Positions 1 to 7,902 of a stretch of DNA of 15,177 nt are shown here, in pieces (position 1 is the stretch's first letter; the number at the start of each line of letters is the position of its first letter). The position numbers were made by a program, and so were the translations under genes. The stretch is from positions 1 to 15,177 of the forward strand of contig JAEOUE010000232.1 in assembly GCA_016839515.1 (NCBI GenBank), written 5' to 3'. The stretch is from Candidatus Hodarchaeum mangrovi. GTDB taxonomy: Archaea > Asgardarchaeota > Heimdallarchaeia > Hodarchaeales > Hodarchaeaceae. The notes under the pieces were generated by a model. It searched no databases and was not told the origin of the DNA. It saw only the letters and a list, made by a program, of their open reading frames with translations.

Positions 1-47
1 AACAAAAAATAAACTACAATACTTTGAATTTTAGCGGAAAATTTTGG

Positions 48-482
48 TTATTCATTTGAAGAAATCTCAGGGTTAGTATCATCGTAATCAGGAACACGAG
101 TAATAATTTTTTGCCAAGGTTCTAACACTTCTCGAGTAATTTTAATTCTTTTTGTTGCAGCTTTTCTTCCTTTATCGGTCATAATAATTTTTTTTCTTTG
201 CCTTTTTTTGTAAGGATTCTCTTTAATGGTTATCCATCCAGCTGATTCAAATTCTTGGAGAATTGGGTAAATCCTATTCGGACCTGGTTCCCAACGCCCA
301 TCTGTATGTTCTTTAATCAAAGCCATTAATTGAAAACCATTATCAGCTTTTCCTTGTTTGATTAAATGAAGCATAATTAAGCGTAAAAAACCCTGTTTAA
401 TACGGGATTCAAATTTTTGTACTAATTTTTCCTCCAAATCAGTAATATTTTCGTTCTCCTGATCAAAAACCACTTTTGACAT
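48..482 (-). CDS. PadR-family winged-helix transcriptional regulator (short type)
   Basis: 144 aa with PadR pattern: GFLRLIMLHLI, NGFQLMALIKE, WEPGPNRIYPILQEFESAGWI, RKKIIMTDKG. ATG preceded by SD-like AGGGGA. Confidence 0.9.
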   Translation of the reverse strand: MSKVVFDQENENITDLEEKLVQKFESRIKQGFLRLIMLHLIKQGKADNGFQLMALIKEHTDGRWEPGPNRIYPILQEFESAGWITIKENPYKKRQRKKIIMTDKGRKAATKRIKITREVLEPWQKIITRVPDYDDTNPEISSNE

Positions 483-542
483 ACAATCCCCTTAAATTAA
501 TTATATTAATCAGACATTTCAAGAAAAATTTAAATATTCCTG

Positions 543-560
543 ATTTGGATATATCCAGAT
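543..560. promoter_or_regulatory. Palindromic operator-like site 1 (ATTTGGATATATCCAGAT) between divergent padR and SDR
   Basis: Perfect 12-bp palindrome TGGATATATCCA at 546-557. The same core recurs in three other intergenic regions. Confidence 0.75.
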
Positions 561-563
561 TTA

Positions 564-578
564 AAAGAAATTTTTAAA
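564..578 (+). promoter_or_regulatory. Candidate archaeal BRE-TATA promoter of the SDR gene
   Basis: Purine-rich AAAGAAA followed by TTTTTAAA, about 55 nt upstream of the start codon. Confidence 0.4.
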
Positions 579-633
579 GCTAAAAAATCATGTTCAATAG
601 ACTTTACCAAGATTTATTTCGAGATGATTATTA

Positions 634-1443
634 TTGAAATTTCTAGAAGATACAGTAGCAATGATCACCGGAGGAGCACAGGGTTTAGGTCTAGCAATAG
701 CTGAAGAATTAGCAAAAGCTGGTGCAAAAATAGCTATAGTTGATATAAATGAATCTAAACTCAATGAAAGTATAAATAATTTAAAATCATTAGGACACAA
801 AGTTTATGGTGTTATTTGTGATGTTTCAAAGACTGATGATGTTGAAAGAGCAGTAAAAGAAGTTTTGAAACAGTTTAAAAAGATAGATATATTGATTAAC
901 AATGCTGCAATTGCTCCAGATACTCCTTTTCTTGAATGTTCTTCTGAGCAATGGGATAAAGTTATGGCAATTAATCTCAAAGGCTATTTTAATTGTTCTC
1001 AATCTGTAGTCAGGCATATGATAAAAAATAATATTAATGGTAGAATTGTTAATTTAACCTCAACATTAGGTCTGAGGCCTAAAGCAAACTTAGTGGCTTA
1101 CACAACTTCAAAAGGAGCTATAATCAATTTAACTCAAACAATGGCAGTAGAATTAGGAGAATATGGAATTCGAGTAAATGCAATAGCTCCTGGAATGATT
1201 GATACTCCAATGACCGCTAAAGGGTTTATAAATCCGATGATAAAAAATATCATCTTAGGTGGAATACCAATGAAGCGATTAGGTACACCAGAAGAGATAG
1301 GAAAAGCTGCTGTTTTTCTAAGCTCTGATTATTCATCATTTGTGAGTGGAACTATACTTGTAGTAGATGGAGGACAAAATGCTGGAATGCCTTCACGGAT
1401 TCAAAGATCACCAGATGTCAAAGAAGGACATCTTACACCTTAG
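634..1443 (+). CDS. Classical short-chain dehydrogenase/reductase (FabG-like, probably NAD(H)-preferring)
   Basis: TGGAQGLG (TGxxxGxG), Asp after beta-2 (VDIN), NNAA, catalytic YTTSK, NAIAPG, VDGG. TTG start with SD-like GAGATGA. Confidence 0.95.
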   Translation: MKFLEDTVAMITGGAQGLGLAIAEELAKAGAKIAIVDINESKLNESINNLKSLGHKVYGVICDVSKTDDVERAVKEVLKQFKKIDILINNAAIAPDTPFLECSSEQWDKVMAINLKGYFNCSQSVVRHMIKNNINGRIVNLTSTLGLRPKANLVAYTTSKGAIINLTQTMAVELGEYGIRVNAIAPGMIDTPMTAKGFINPMIKNIILGGIPMKRLGTPEEIGKAAVFLSSDYSSFVSGTILVVDGGQNAGMPSRIQRSPDVKEGHLTP

Positions 1444-1540
1444 AATTTAAATTATTTCTAACTTAAACGGTATTATTACTTTACTAAGAACAATTATTAA
1501 TGCAATGGATTGCAAATACAAAAAAATAAATCAAAATTAT

Positions 1541-1554
1541 AAAAAATAAAAAAA
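1541..1554 (-). terminator. Oligo-T archaeal terminator downstream of the repeat surface-protein gene
   Basis: Minus strand reads TTTTTTTATTTTTT about 27 nt after the stop. A second T-tract lies near 1520-1530. Confidence 0.5.
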
Positions 1555-1580
1555 GGGGATGGGATATTAATTTGAAGACT

Positions 1581-3803
1581 CTATCTTCTTCGTCTGTTGA
1601 AAATGATGATTACTCCAATCATCGAGAAGACTAAAAGTCCAAATTCGAATCCCGATACCGATGGAGAGGTAGTTGTTGTAGTCGTTGTTCCTGTAGTTGT
1701 AGGTAGCGTAGTTGTTGGAGTAGTCGTAGTATCAACAGGTGGTGTACCCGCGGCTAGTTTAATTTCTGAAGGAGTACCAAATCCCATCATTTGGATCCAG
1801 AATCCTTTGAGGTGAAATTCTACAACAGAGCCAGTAGATCGATCCCAGATCATTCTTAGGAGAGGGCCTCCCATAAGGGAACCAGATTGATAACCAAATT
1901 GCGTAGCAGTGCTAATTATAATATATCCTTTAGCAGCATAATAAAGCTGCCAATGATTCCATTCCATTGTTTTAACATATCCCATGAGCATAACTTCAGG
2001 AGAGCTAACTGTTCCGAAAACGAATTTTCCATAAACTGTAGTGCCCATCATAGATGTATTAATTGTAGTAATTTCGATATAGAAATAATCACCTTGACTA
2101 ATCGCTGAATCTGGAGCGTCGGGATAAGCATATGATCCATCAGTTATTTCCATACCATCGGCATCTAATAGAACAGCCCATTGTAGATGAATTTTATCGC
2201 CAACAGAGACTCCATAGGTGGGTACGGAAACATATCGATCAATTCGTATTTCCTTAACAGTACCGAAGCCCATCATATTAGGCCACATGCCTCTGAGTTC
2301 CCAAGTGAGCATAGCACCATCAACAGCATCCCATCTGAAACGCATATAATTAGGATCGGAAGCATTGTCACCATAAACATATTCAAAGTATTCTGCTGTC
2401 CAGTTTACACCATAACCCCGTGATATATAGTAATCTTCCCAGTATTCCCAAGTGTAGTTCCATGATGCCATCGGTTTGAAATAACCCATAAGGTATACTT
2501 CTCCAGTAGTTGCTCCATTTGCAAATGTAAATTCACCATAAACTGATGGTGTAAGCCCACTCATTCCCATAGTCATATTAACTGTTAATACTTCAAGATA
2601 GAAGTTATCTCCTTGGGAAATCATGGAATCATTCGCATCAGGATAAACAAATGAGCCATCTGTAATGGGTAAACCATCAGCATCTTTAAGAGAAGTCCAT
2701 ACAAATTCATATTGGTCTCCTACAAAGACGTTAAAGTGGCCCTCATGGGGAGCTTTGACCAATCTAATCTCAGATACAGTTCCAAATCCCATCATGTTAA
2801 CCCAAAATCCACTCAAATGAAAATCTACTACAACCCCTGTAGAACGATCCCAAACAGTTGTTAAACCTGATCCAGTATCATATCCAAATTCAGTGGCGGT
2901 ATCAATTATAGTATATCCCTTTGCAATATAATAAAGCTGCCAATGAGACCATTCACGACTTTTAACATAACCCATGAGAATAACTTCGGGAGTAGTCTCG
3001 TTTCCAAATATAAATCTTCCATAGGCAACAGTACCCATCATTGATGTATTGATTGTTGTTATTTCGAGGATAGATGTGTCTCCTTGACTTATTGAAGAAT
3101 TTGGTGCGTCTGGATAGGAATATGAACCATCTGTTATTGGAAGACTATCTGCATCGAGTAGGATATCCCACTTTAGATAGATTCTATCACCTTCTGATAC
3201 GCCATAATCTGTGACAGATTCATAACGGGTAATCTCAATTTCAGAGAGAGTTCCAAATCCCATCATACCAATCCAAAAGCCATGTAATTCCCATTCTAAC
3301 ATAGCTCCAGTGCTATTTTCCCAGCGGAATCGCATATAGTTAGGACTGCTGTCATTTTCATATTCATATTGGAAGTATTCAGAAGTCCATGTTACATTGT
3401 AACCATTGCCTTCATAATAGGTTTTCCAATAAGTCCAATTATAGGTAGAGGAATTCATAGCTTTGAAGTATCCCATTAATGCTACTTCATCAGTCGTTGA
3501 TCCGTCCGCAAAGGTAAAATGACCAAAAGCGGTTGGAGAATCGGAAGTTATATTAATGGTGTCAATTTCTATGTAGAAGTGATCTCCTTGTGAAATCGAT
3601 GAATTCGGAGCATCAGGATAGGAATAAGAGCCATCAGTAATATCAAACCCATCAGCATCCTTTAAAGAGGTCCAAACGAATTCATATTGATCTCCAACAT
3701 CAACGTTAAAATGCCCTTCATGTGCAGCAACACGTGTGATGCTTAATGAAGTCAAGCTAACCATCAACAATGCTAGAACCAATATTAGATTTCTACTTTT
3801 CAT
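1581..3803 (-). CDS. Secreted, C-terminally anchored surface protein (probable glycoprotein) with four tandem Met/Trp-rich domains (A-B-A-B)
   Basis: Likely start is ATG 3803 (MKSRNLILV, SD-like AAGATGA; 740 aa) rather than TTG 3872. Signal peptide ends VAA/HEGH. Four ~155-180 aa repeats, Thr/Pro linker, then SGFEF + TM helix + RRRR (PGF-CTERM-like). Many NxS/T sequons. Confidence 0.88.
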   Translation of the reverse strand: MKSRNLILVLALLMVSLTSLSITRVAAHEGHFNVDVGDQYEFVWTSLKDADGFDITDGSYSYPDAPNSSISQGDHFYIEIDTINITSDSPTAFGHFTFADGSTTDEVALMGYFKAMNSSTYNWTYWKTYYEGNGYNVTWTSEYFQYEYENDSSPNYMRFRWENSTGAMLEWELHGFWIGMMGFGTLSEIEITRYESVTDYGVSEGDRIYLKWDILLDADSLPITDGSYSYPDAPNSSISQGDTSILEITTINTSMMGTVAYGRFIFGNETTPEVILMGYVKSREWSHWQLYYIAKGYTIIDTATEFGYDTGSGLTTVWDRSTGVVVDFHLSGFWVNMMGFGTVSEIRLVKAPHEGHFNVFVGDQYEFVWTSLKDADGLPITDGSFVYPDANDSMISQGDNFYLEVLTVNMTMGMSGLTPSVYGEFTFANGATTGEVYLMGYFKPMASWNYTWEYWEDYYISRGYGVNWTAEYFEYVYGDNASDPNYMRFRWDAVDGAMLTWELRGMWPNMMGFGTVKEIRIDRYVSVPTYGVSVGDKIHLQWAVLLDADGMEITDGSYAYPDAPDSAISQGDYFYIEITTINTSMMGTTVYGKFVFGTVSSPEVMLMGYVKTMEWNHWQLYYAAKGYIIISTATQFGYQSGSLMGGPLLRMIWDRSTGSVVEFHLKGFWIQMMGFGTPSEIKLAAGTPPVDTTTTPTTTLPTTTGTTTTTTTSPSVSGFEFGLLVFSMIGVIIIFNRRRR
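1750..3722 (-). repeat. Intragenic tandem duplication: repeats start near 3722 (A1), 3206 (B1), 2747 (A2), 2216 (B2)
   Basis: All four share DAD..ITDGS(Y/F).YPDA..S.ISQGD, EV.LMGY.K and W..MMGFGT..EI. The identical 19-mer ATAATAAAGCTGCCAATGA occurs at 1938-1956 and 2928-2946. Confidence 0.92.
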
Positions 3804-3993
3804 TGTAATCATCTTTAAACTTGTTAAAAACATAAAAATAATTCTATTCTTAGAATTATGTTCAAGATTCAAGTCAATTTCTACTTATTTAAAAGTTTAA
3901 TGTCTAAATTAAGATCACAATAAAGAGAATAGTTTTAGAAAAGAATAGAAGATGATCAATTAATATTAAAATAATGTTTCTAAAGTTTTATAT

Positions 3994-4009
3994 TTTTGAT
4001 ATATCAGAA
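3994..4009. promoter_or_regulatory. Palindromic operator-like site 2 (TTTTGATATATCAGAA) upstream of the repeat surface-protein gene
   Basis: Perfect TGATATATCA at 3997-4006 with near-symmetric flanks; intergenic. Confidence 0.7.
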
Positions 4010-4168
4010 TTTGACCTATAATGTAGTAATTTATACCAAATGCTGAACAAAATAATTTTAAAAAATAATTAAGAATGAAAATTATCTAATTTAATGAATA
4101 ATCTAACGGAAGACAATTTTAATTAAATAAAACAACCAATTCACTATTTTATTTGTTCTTATGATTTA

Positions 4169-4507
4169 TTACCTCTGTTTAAAAATAATATGGTTTTTAT
4201 CCTTTAATCTGAGCAAAAAAGTAGATAAAGAAGTTCGAACACTTGATTCAGATTGATCTGCTTCAACAATTAATAATCTTTCAATCTCTCGTACTGATTT
4301 ATCACCTAAACATAAAGTCCAGATGAATTCCCCTAATTCATCTATAATGAAAACTTCTGAGTTTTTATTCAGTAAAAATTTTTTACCAGGTTCCCAATAG
4401 CCAAGTTTTGTCGTTGTTTGTTGTATAGGGAATAAATGAGATAATTGAATGTCATCACTAGGAATTGGGAGTGAATCTTTAGGATTAGCGTTATCTTTAG
4501 AGTTCAT
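4169..4507 (-). CDS. Stand-alone PqqD-family / RiPP recognition element (RRE)-like protein
   Basis: LLNKNSEVFIIDELGEFIWTLCLGDKSVREIERLL...SLSTFLLRLKDKNHI matches the PqqD pattern. ATG 4507 preferred; TTG 4528 is possible. Confidence 0.8.
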   Translation of the reverse strand: MNSKDNANPKDSLPIPSDDIQLSHLFPIQQTTTKLGYWEPGKKFLLNKNSEVFIIDELGEFIWTLCLGDKSVREIERLLIVEADQSESSVRTSLSTFLLRLKDKNHIIFKQR

Positions 4508-4542
4508 ATAACCACTTATTTTGTACAAAAAAGAAAAGAAGA

Positions 4543-5493
4543 TTATTGTAATCTTCTTCTTTTAATAATAAAGAAAACTGAGAATAATGCTAATGATGTT
4601 AAGAATATTGTTGTTTCAAAGCCTGGTGATTTTTCTGGTGGGATATAGGATTCAGTTCCTTCAGTGTAAGTTGTGATAGTAACCGTAGTATTAGAAATAA
4701 CTGTTTCTATTGTAGTAACGTATTGTACAGGTTTTAATGTAATTTTGCCCCATGTTGATTGATCTGAGAAATTTGCTTCACTAGGCCAAGCACAATACGG
4801 TCCTTCATCAGGTTCTGCTTCTTCAGAATCGTTAACAGATTTGTAAGCATTAATGTAGACTCCCATAGTAAATGGAAAAGTTTCAACACCTAAATTAGAA
4901 AGTGGAATTTTAAAGGAGAACATACCGTGTGGATTTGGTTCATTCCAAGAACTTTGATAAAATCCCCACAGTTGTAATGGGGGGATTAGTCCTGATGGAG
5001 GCATATTATGGCAAACACTAATTGTAAATCCTTCTTCTTCCTCAGTTTCTGGATCAATTGTTTTATTATAAGCAACTTGTTGACTAAAATACACATGATT
5101 TGCTCCAAAGACAGTAAAATAATATTGATCTGTGAGATGTGTAGTAATGTTATCATTTTCAGCGTCGAAAGCGATTTGAGCGTAATCTAACCGTATTTGT
5201 TGTTGTACATAGATAGAATCTACTAGGACGTAAAGAAAAGTCTTGTCATGGGCTAAATATGCGATGGCACCTTCTAAAGTTTGGTTTTCGTAGTTTTCTG
5301 AAGGGCCTAGTTCAACCATAGTCACATTTTCTGCATCTGTACCAACCCAATGTTCCTCTTTCAGATTTCCGACAGAAATGAAGTGAGTAGAAGGCACAAT
5401 GTTTAAAGTTAATGGTTCAGCTGCATGAGTGACTGAGGCACTGATCAATGATAAAGTTATTATAACGAAGAAAACTATGTTTATCTTTTTCAT
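4543..5493 (-). CDS. Secreted surface protein with DOMON/CBM9-like beta-sandwich and PGF-CTERM-type anchor
   Basis: Signal peptide MKKINIVFF...THA; AYLAHDKTFLYVLVD, DYAQIAFDAEND, HGMFSFKIPLSNLG; Thr-rich linker; SPGF + TM + KRRR. ATG 5493 with SD-like GAGTTGA (TTG 5499 alternative). The domain call is from motif resemblance only. Confidence 0.72.
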   Translation of the reverse strand: MKKINIVFFVIITLSLISASVTHAAEPLTLNIVPSTHFISVGNLKEEHWVGTDAENVTMVELGPSENYENQTLEGAIAYLAHDKTFLYVLVDSIYVQQQIRLDYAQIAFDAENDNITTHLTDQYYFTVFGANHVYFSQQVAYNKTIDPETEEEEGFTISVCHNMPPSGLIPPLQLWGFYQSSWNEPNPHGMFSFKIPLSNLGVETFPFTMGVYINAYKSVNDSEEAEPDEGPYCAWPSEANFSDQSTWGKITLKPVQYVTTIETVISNTTVTITTYTEGTESYIPPEKSPGFETTIFLTSLALFSVFFIIKRRRLQ

Positions 5494-5584
5494 TTTCAAT
5501 TCAACTCAATTTTTAGGATGGTTCGACTTAATTTTTTGAATGATGGTCTCTATTAATTACAGTCGAAAAGTTTCGATTAAAATT

Positions 5585-5600
5585 TATTAAAACTTTTCGT
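5585..5600 (-). promoter_or_regulatory. Candidate BRE-TATA promoter of the DOMON-like/PqqD unit
   Basis: Minus strand ACGAAAAG-TTTTAATA resembles archaeal BRE + TATA. Confidence 0.5.
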
Positions 5601-5603
5601 AAA

Positions 5604-5634
5604 GTCTGATATATCCAAAATATATATATCGAAA
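5604..5634. promoter_or_regulatory. Operator-like site 3 (GTCTGATATATCCAAA) plus adjacent degenerate copy (TATATATCGAAA) in the divergent promoter region
   Basis: GATATATC core at 5608-5615; second near-core TATATATC-GAAA at 5623-5634, offset by 15 bp. Confidence 0.68.
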
Positions 5635-5674
5635 TTATAGTTATTCTTACAAAAATCTGTAGGAAAAGATCATC

Positions 5675-6430
5675 ATGTCAATCGACATTTCAGAATTGAA
5701 AAATAATAATATCAAAGTCATTTTTGAAAACCAAGAATTCACTTATCAGAGAAAGGGGTTACCATCCTCTATTTTTGATTTACTTACTAAATATCGTGTA
5801 AATTCTATTGAAGGAATGGTCAACCAGTTTAAGACCAATGAAGATGGTTTACTTCGCAGAACTTCAACAATGTTGCACTCACCACCAGTAGCTACACGGT
5901 CTCCTAATGGTTATTTTCCCATTAATACGGCAGCTAAAGGGATAGGATTTATTCCTAAAGAAGAATATTTGGAAGAATTTGTAGTGCAATTTGAAAATCT
6001 AATTGATGAAGCAATTGAAAAAGGCTCTGATTTTAATCGTGATGAGCGTTTAAATGCCTTGTTAAATTTTTATAAATCCAAAGAAAAGATTACTAATTAT
6101 AAACTTGGGACATTAGAATTATATGGATTAAGAACTTGGAGAAATATTCAATATGATCCTCGAGTTTCTATCTTATATAATTCTACAGAAAGTCAAGAGG
6201 GTGGAGGTCGACCAAATTACATTTCGTTTGAAGTAAAAGGAATCATAGAAATAATTGAGAAAGATACTTTAGCCTGGCGATGGCAACGTAATGTACATGA
6301 TATATTTCACTTATATCGTGCAAAAGAAAGACGAGCTGGAAATTGGCCAGTAGCAGTTTTAAATATCCATGTCCTAGAAACTATTGATAAACGTCCAGGA
6401 GAAAATGCTAGCAAAGAAATTAATATTTAA
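5675..6430 (+). CDS. PNPOx-like (FMN/heme-binding split-barrel) protein
   Basis: C-terminal LELYGLRTWRNIQYDPRVSILY...SFEVKGIIEII fits the T..N+..+P.V.+ split-barrel signature; N-terminal PPVAT strand. Confidence 0.7.
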   Translation: MSIDISELKNNNIKVIFENQEFTYQRKGLPSSIFDLLTKYRVNSIEGMVNQFKTNEDGLLRRTSTMLHSPPVATRSPNGYFPINTAAKGIGFIPKEEYLEEFVVQFENLIDEAIEKGSDFNRDERLNALLNFYKSKEKITNYKLGTLELYGLRTWRNIQYDPRVSILYNSTESQEGGGRPNYISFEVKGIIEIIEKDTLAWRWQRNVHDIFHLYRAKERRAGNWPVAVLNIHVLETIDKRPGENASKEINI

Positions 6431-6457
6431 TTGGATAAACTTGTTGTGAGAAAAAAA

Positions 6458-7900
6458 ATGCAGGAATTATTGGTAGAAATTATTCAGGAAACTCGAAGTA
6501 TTGGAATAAATCATATTGATGCAAGATATGTGAAGGATTATTACGAGATATTCAATGCAAAAAACGGGAACCCTGAAAGATTATCGGAATCATATCGTTC
6601 TGGAGTAGGATTTCGTGTTTTTTTTAATAACTACATGGGTTTTGCTTCAACAAATAACCTTGAAAAGAGTTCATTAAAGAAAACAGTTAAAATGGCTTTA
6701 AAAATTGCTAAATTAACAGAAGGAAAGACTAAAAAGAAGAAAATATTTCAAGAGGAGAAAGAGGTTCATGATAAATACATCACTCCAACAAAAATAGATC
6801 CCTTTTCAGTAGATATTGAAGAAAAGATAATTCCGCTTTTAGAATGCACTAAACTTCTAGCTGAAAAAGATGCTCAAATACGGAATGCTACTGCCTCTAT
6901 GATGAATAGAAAATATTCTACATTGTACATTTCCTCTGAAGGTTCAATAATTGATCAAATACTAATTCAATGTGGTGGAAGTATTACAGGTATGCTCATG
7001 GCAGGTCCTGGAGGGATGTTTGTTAGAACTGCTGAGAATTATAGAGCTCAGGGTTTAGAATTTATTGAAGAATTTGATTTAATAGAACAAGCAGAGACAA
7101 TTGGTAATGATTTAGTTGTATTAAGGGAAAAAGCTATAACAGTCCCTAATGGGAATTATAATCTAATATTAGAACCTAGTCACTTAGGATTGGTAATTCA
7201 TGAGAGCATTGGACATCCTACAGAACTTGATAGAATATTAGGAAGGGAAGCTGATTTTGCAGGTACTTCATTTATAGAAAAAGACTATTTAGAAAATTCC
7301 TTTCGATATGGTTCTGAATTAGTAAATATTATTCATGACCCGACCCTTACTCCCGCATTGGGTACATATGGATATGATGATGAGGCTACAAAAGCTCATA
7401 GAATTAATATCGTTGATCATGGCATTTTAAGCGCATTCCAAAGTGGTAGAAGTACTGCTTCAGAAATAGGAATTGAATTAATAAGTGGTAATGCAAGAGC
7501 ACATGGACATGATCGCGTTCCAATTGATAGAATGGCAAATCTTTATTTTGATCCTGATCCTAAGCTCGCACTTTCCAATTTTGATGAATTAGTCATGGAG
7601 TCAAAAAAGGGAATTTATGCAATGTACTCAAAAACACATTCAATTGCTCCAAATCGATCAAATTTTCAATTTACAACTCAAATGGGATATTTAATTGAAA
7701 ATGGGGAATTAACTAAACCACTGAAAAGTATCGTGTATGGAAGTAGAACACTTGATTTTTGGAAAAATTGTGTAGCTACTACAAAGGATGTAATAATTTA
7801 CGGTACTCCAAATTGTGGAAAAGGAAATCCAGGTCAAACAATTTGGACATCACATGGAGGTCCTTATTCTTTGTTCAAAAATGTTCGTATAGGGGTTTGA
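6458..7900 (+). CDS. tldD: TldD metalloprotease, catalytic subunit
   Basis: GVGFRV, HESIGH (HExxGH) at 7199-7216, YGYDDEA, GNARA, RMANLYF, C-terminal CGKG Cys ligand. ATG 6458 preferred to TTG 6431. Confidence 0.93.
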   Translation: MQELLVEIIQETRSIGINHIDARYVKDYYEIFNAKNGNPERLSESYRSGVGFRVFFNNYMGFASTNNLEKSSLKKTVKMALKIAKLTEGKTKKKKIFQEEKEVHDKYITPTKIDPFSVDIEEKIIPLLECTKLLAEKDAQIRNATASMMNRKYSTLYISSEGSIIDQILIQCGGSITGMLMAGPGGMFVRTAENYRAQGLEFIEEFDLIEQAETIGNDLVVLREKAITVPNGNYNLILEPSHLGLVIHESIGHPTELDRILGREADFAGTSFIEKDYLENSFRYGSELVNIIHDPTLTPALGTYGYDDEATKAHRINIVDHGILSAFQSGRSTASEIGIELISGNARAHGHDRVPIDRMANLYFDPDPKLALSNFDELVMESKKGIYAMYSKTHSIAPNRSNFQFTTQMGYLIENGELTKPLKSIVYGSRTLDFWKNCVATTKDVIIYGTPNCGKGNPGQTIWTSHGGPYSLFKNVRIGV

Positions 7901-7902
7901 AA

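Noticed and set aside
594-1017. Minus-strand ORFs 594-800 and 826-1017
   Set aside because: Antisense shadows of the SDR gene with no motifs.
1501-1514. Palindrome TGCAAT-GG-ATTGCA between convergent genes
   Set aside because: Single short instance, not upstream of any gene, with a loop too small for a stable hairpin.
1597-2423. Plus-strand ORFs 1597-1815, 1887-2108 and 2187-2423, including a poly-Val stretch
   Set aside because: Antisense to the surface protein; the poly-Val mirrors the Thr linker codons.
3873-4168. Intergenic gap as a precursor-peptide or ncRNA location
   Set aside because: No minus-strand ATG, only very short plus-strand ORFs among those I traced (e.g. MLNKIILKNN), and no GC-rich stems.
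7759-7902. Long N-terminal extensions in the ORF track (also 3804-3872, 11318-11347, 13895-13990)
   Set aside because: Most overlap upstream genes, and downstream ATGs with SD-like motifs fit the family N-termini better; no frameshift is needed.
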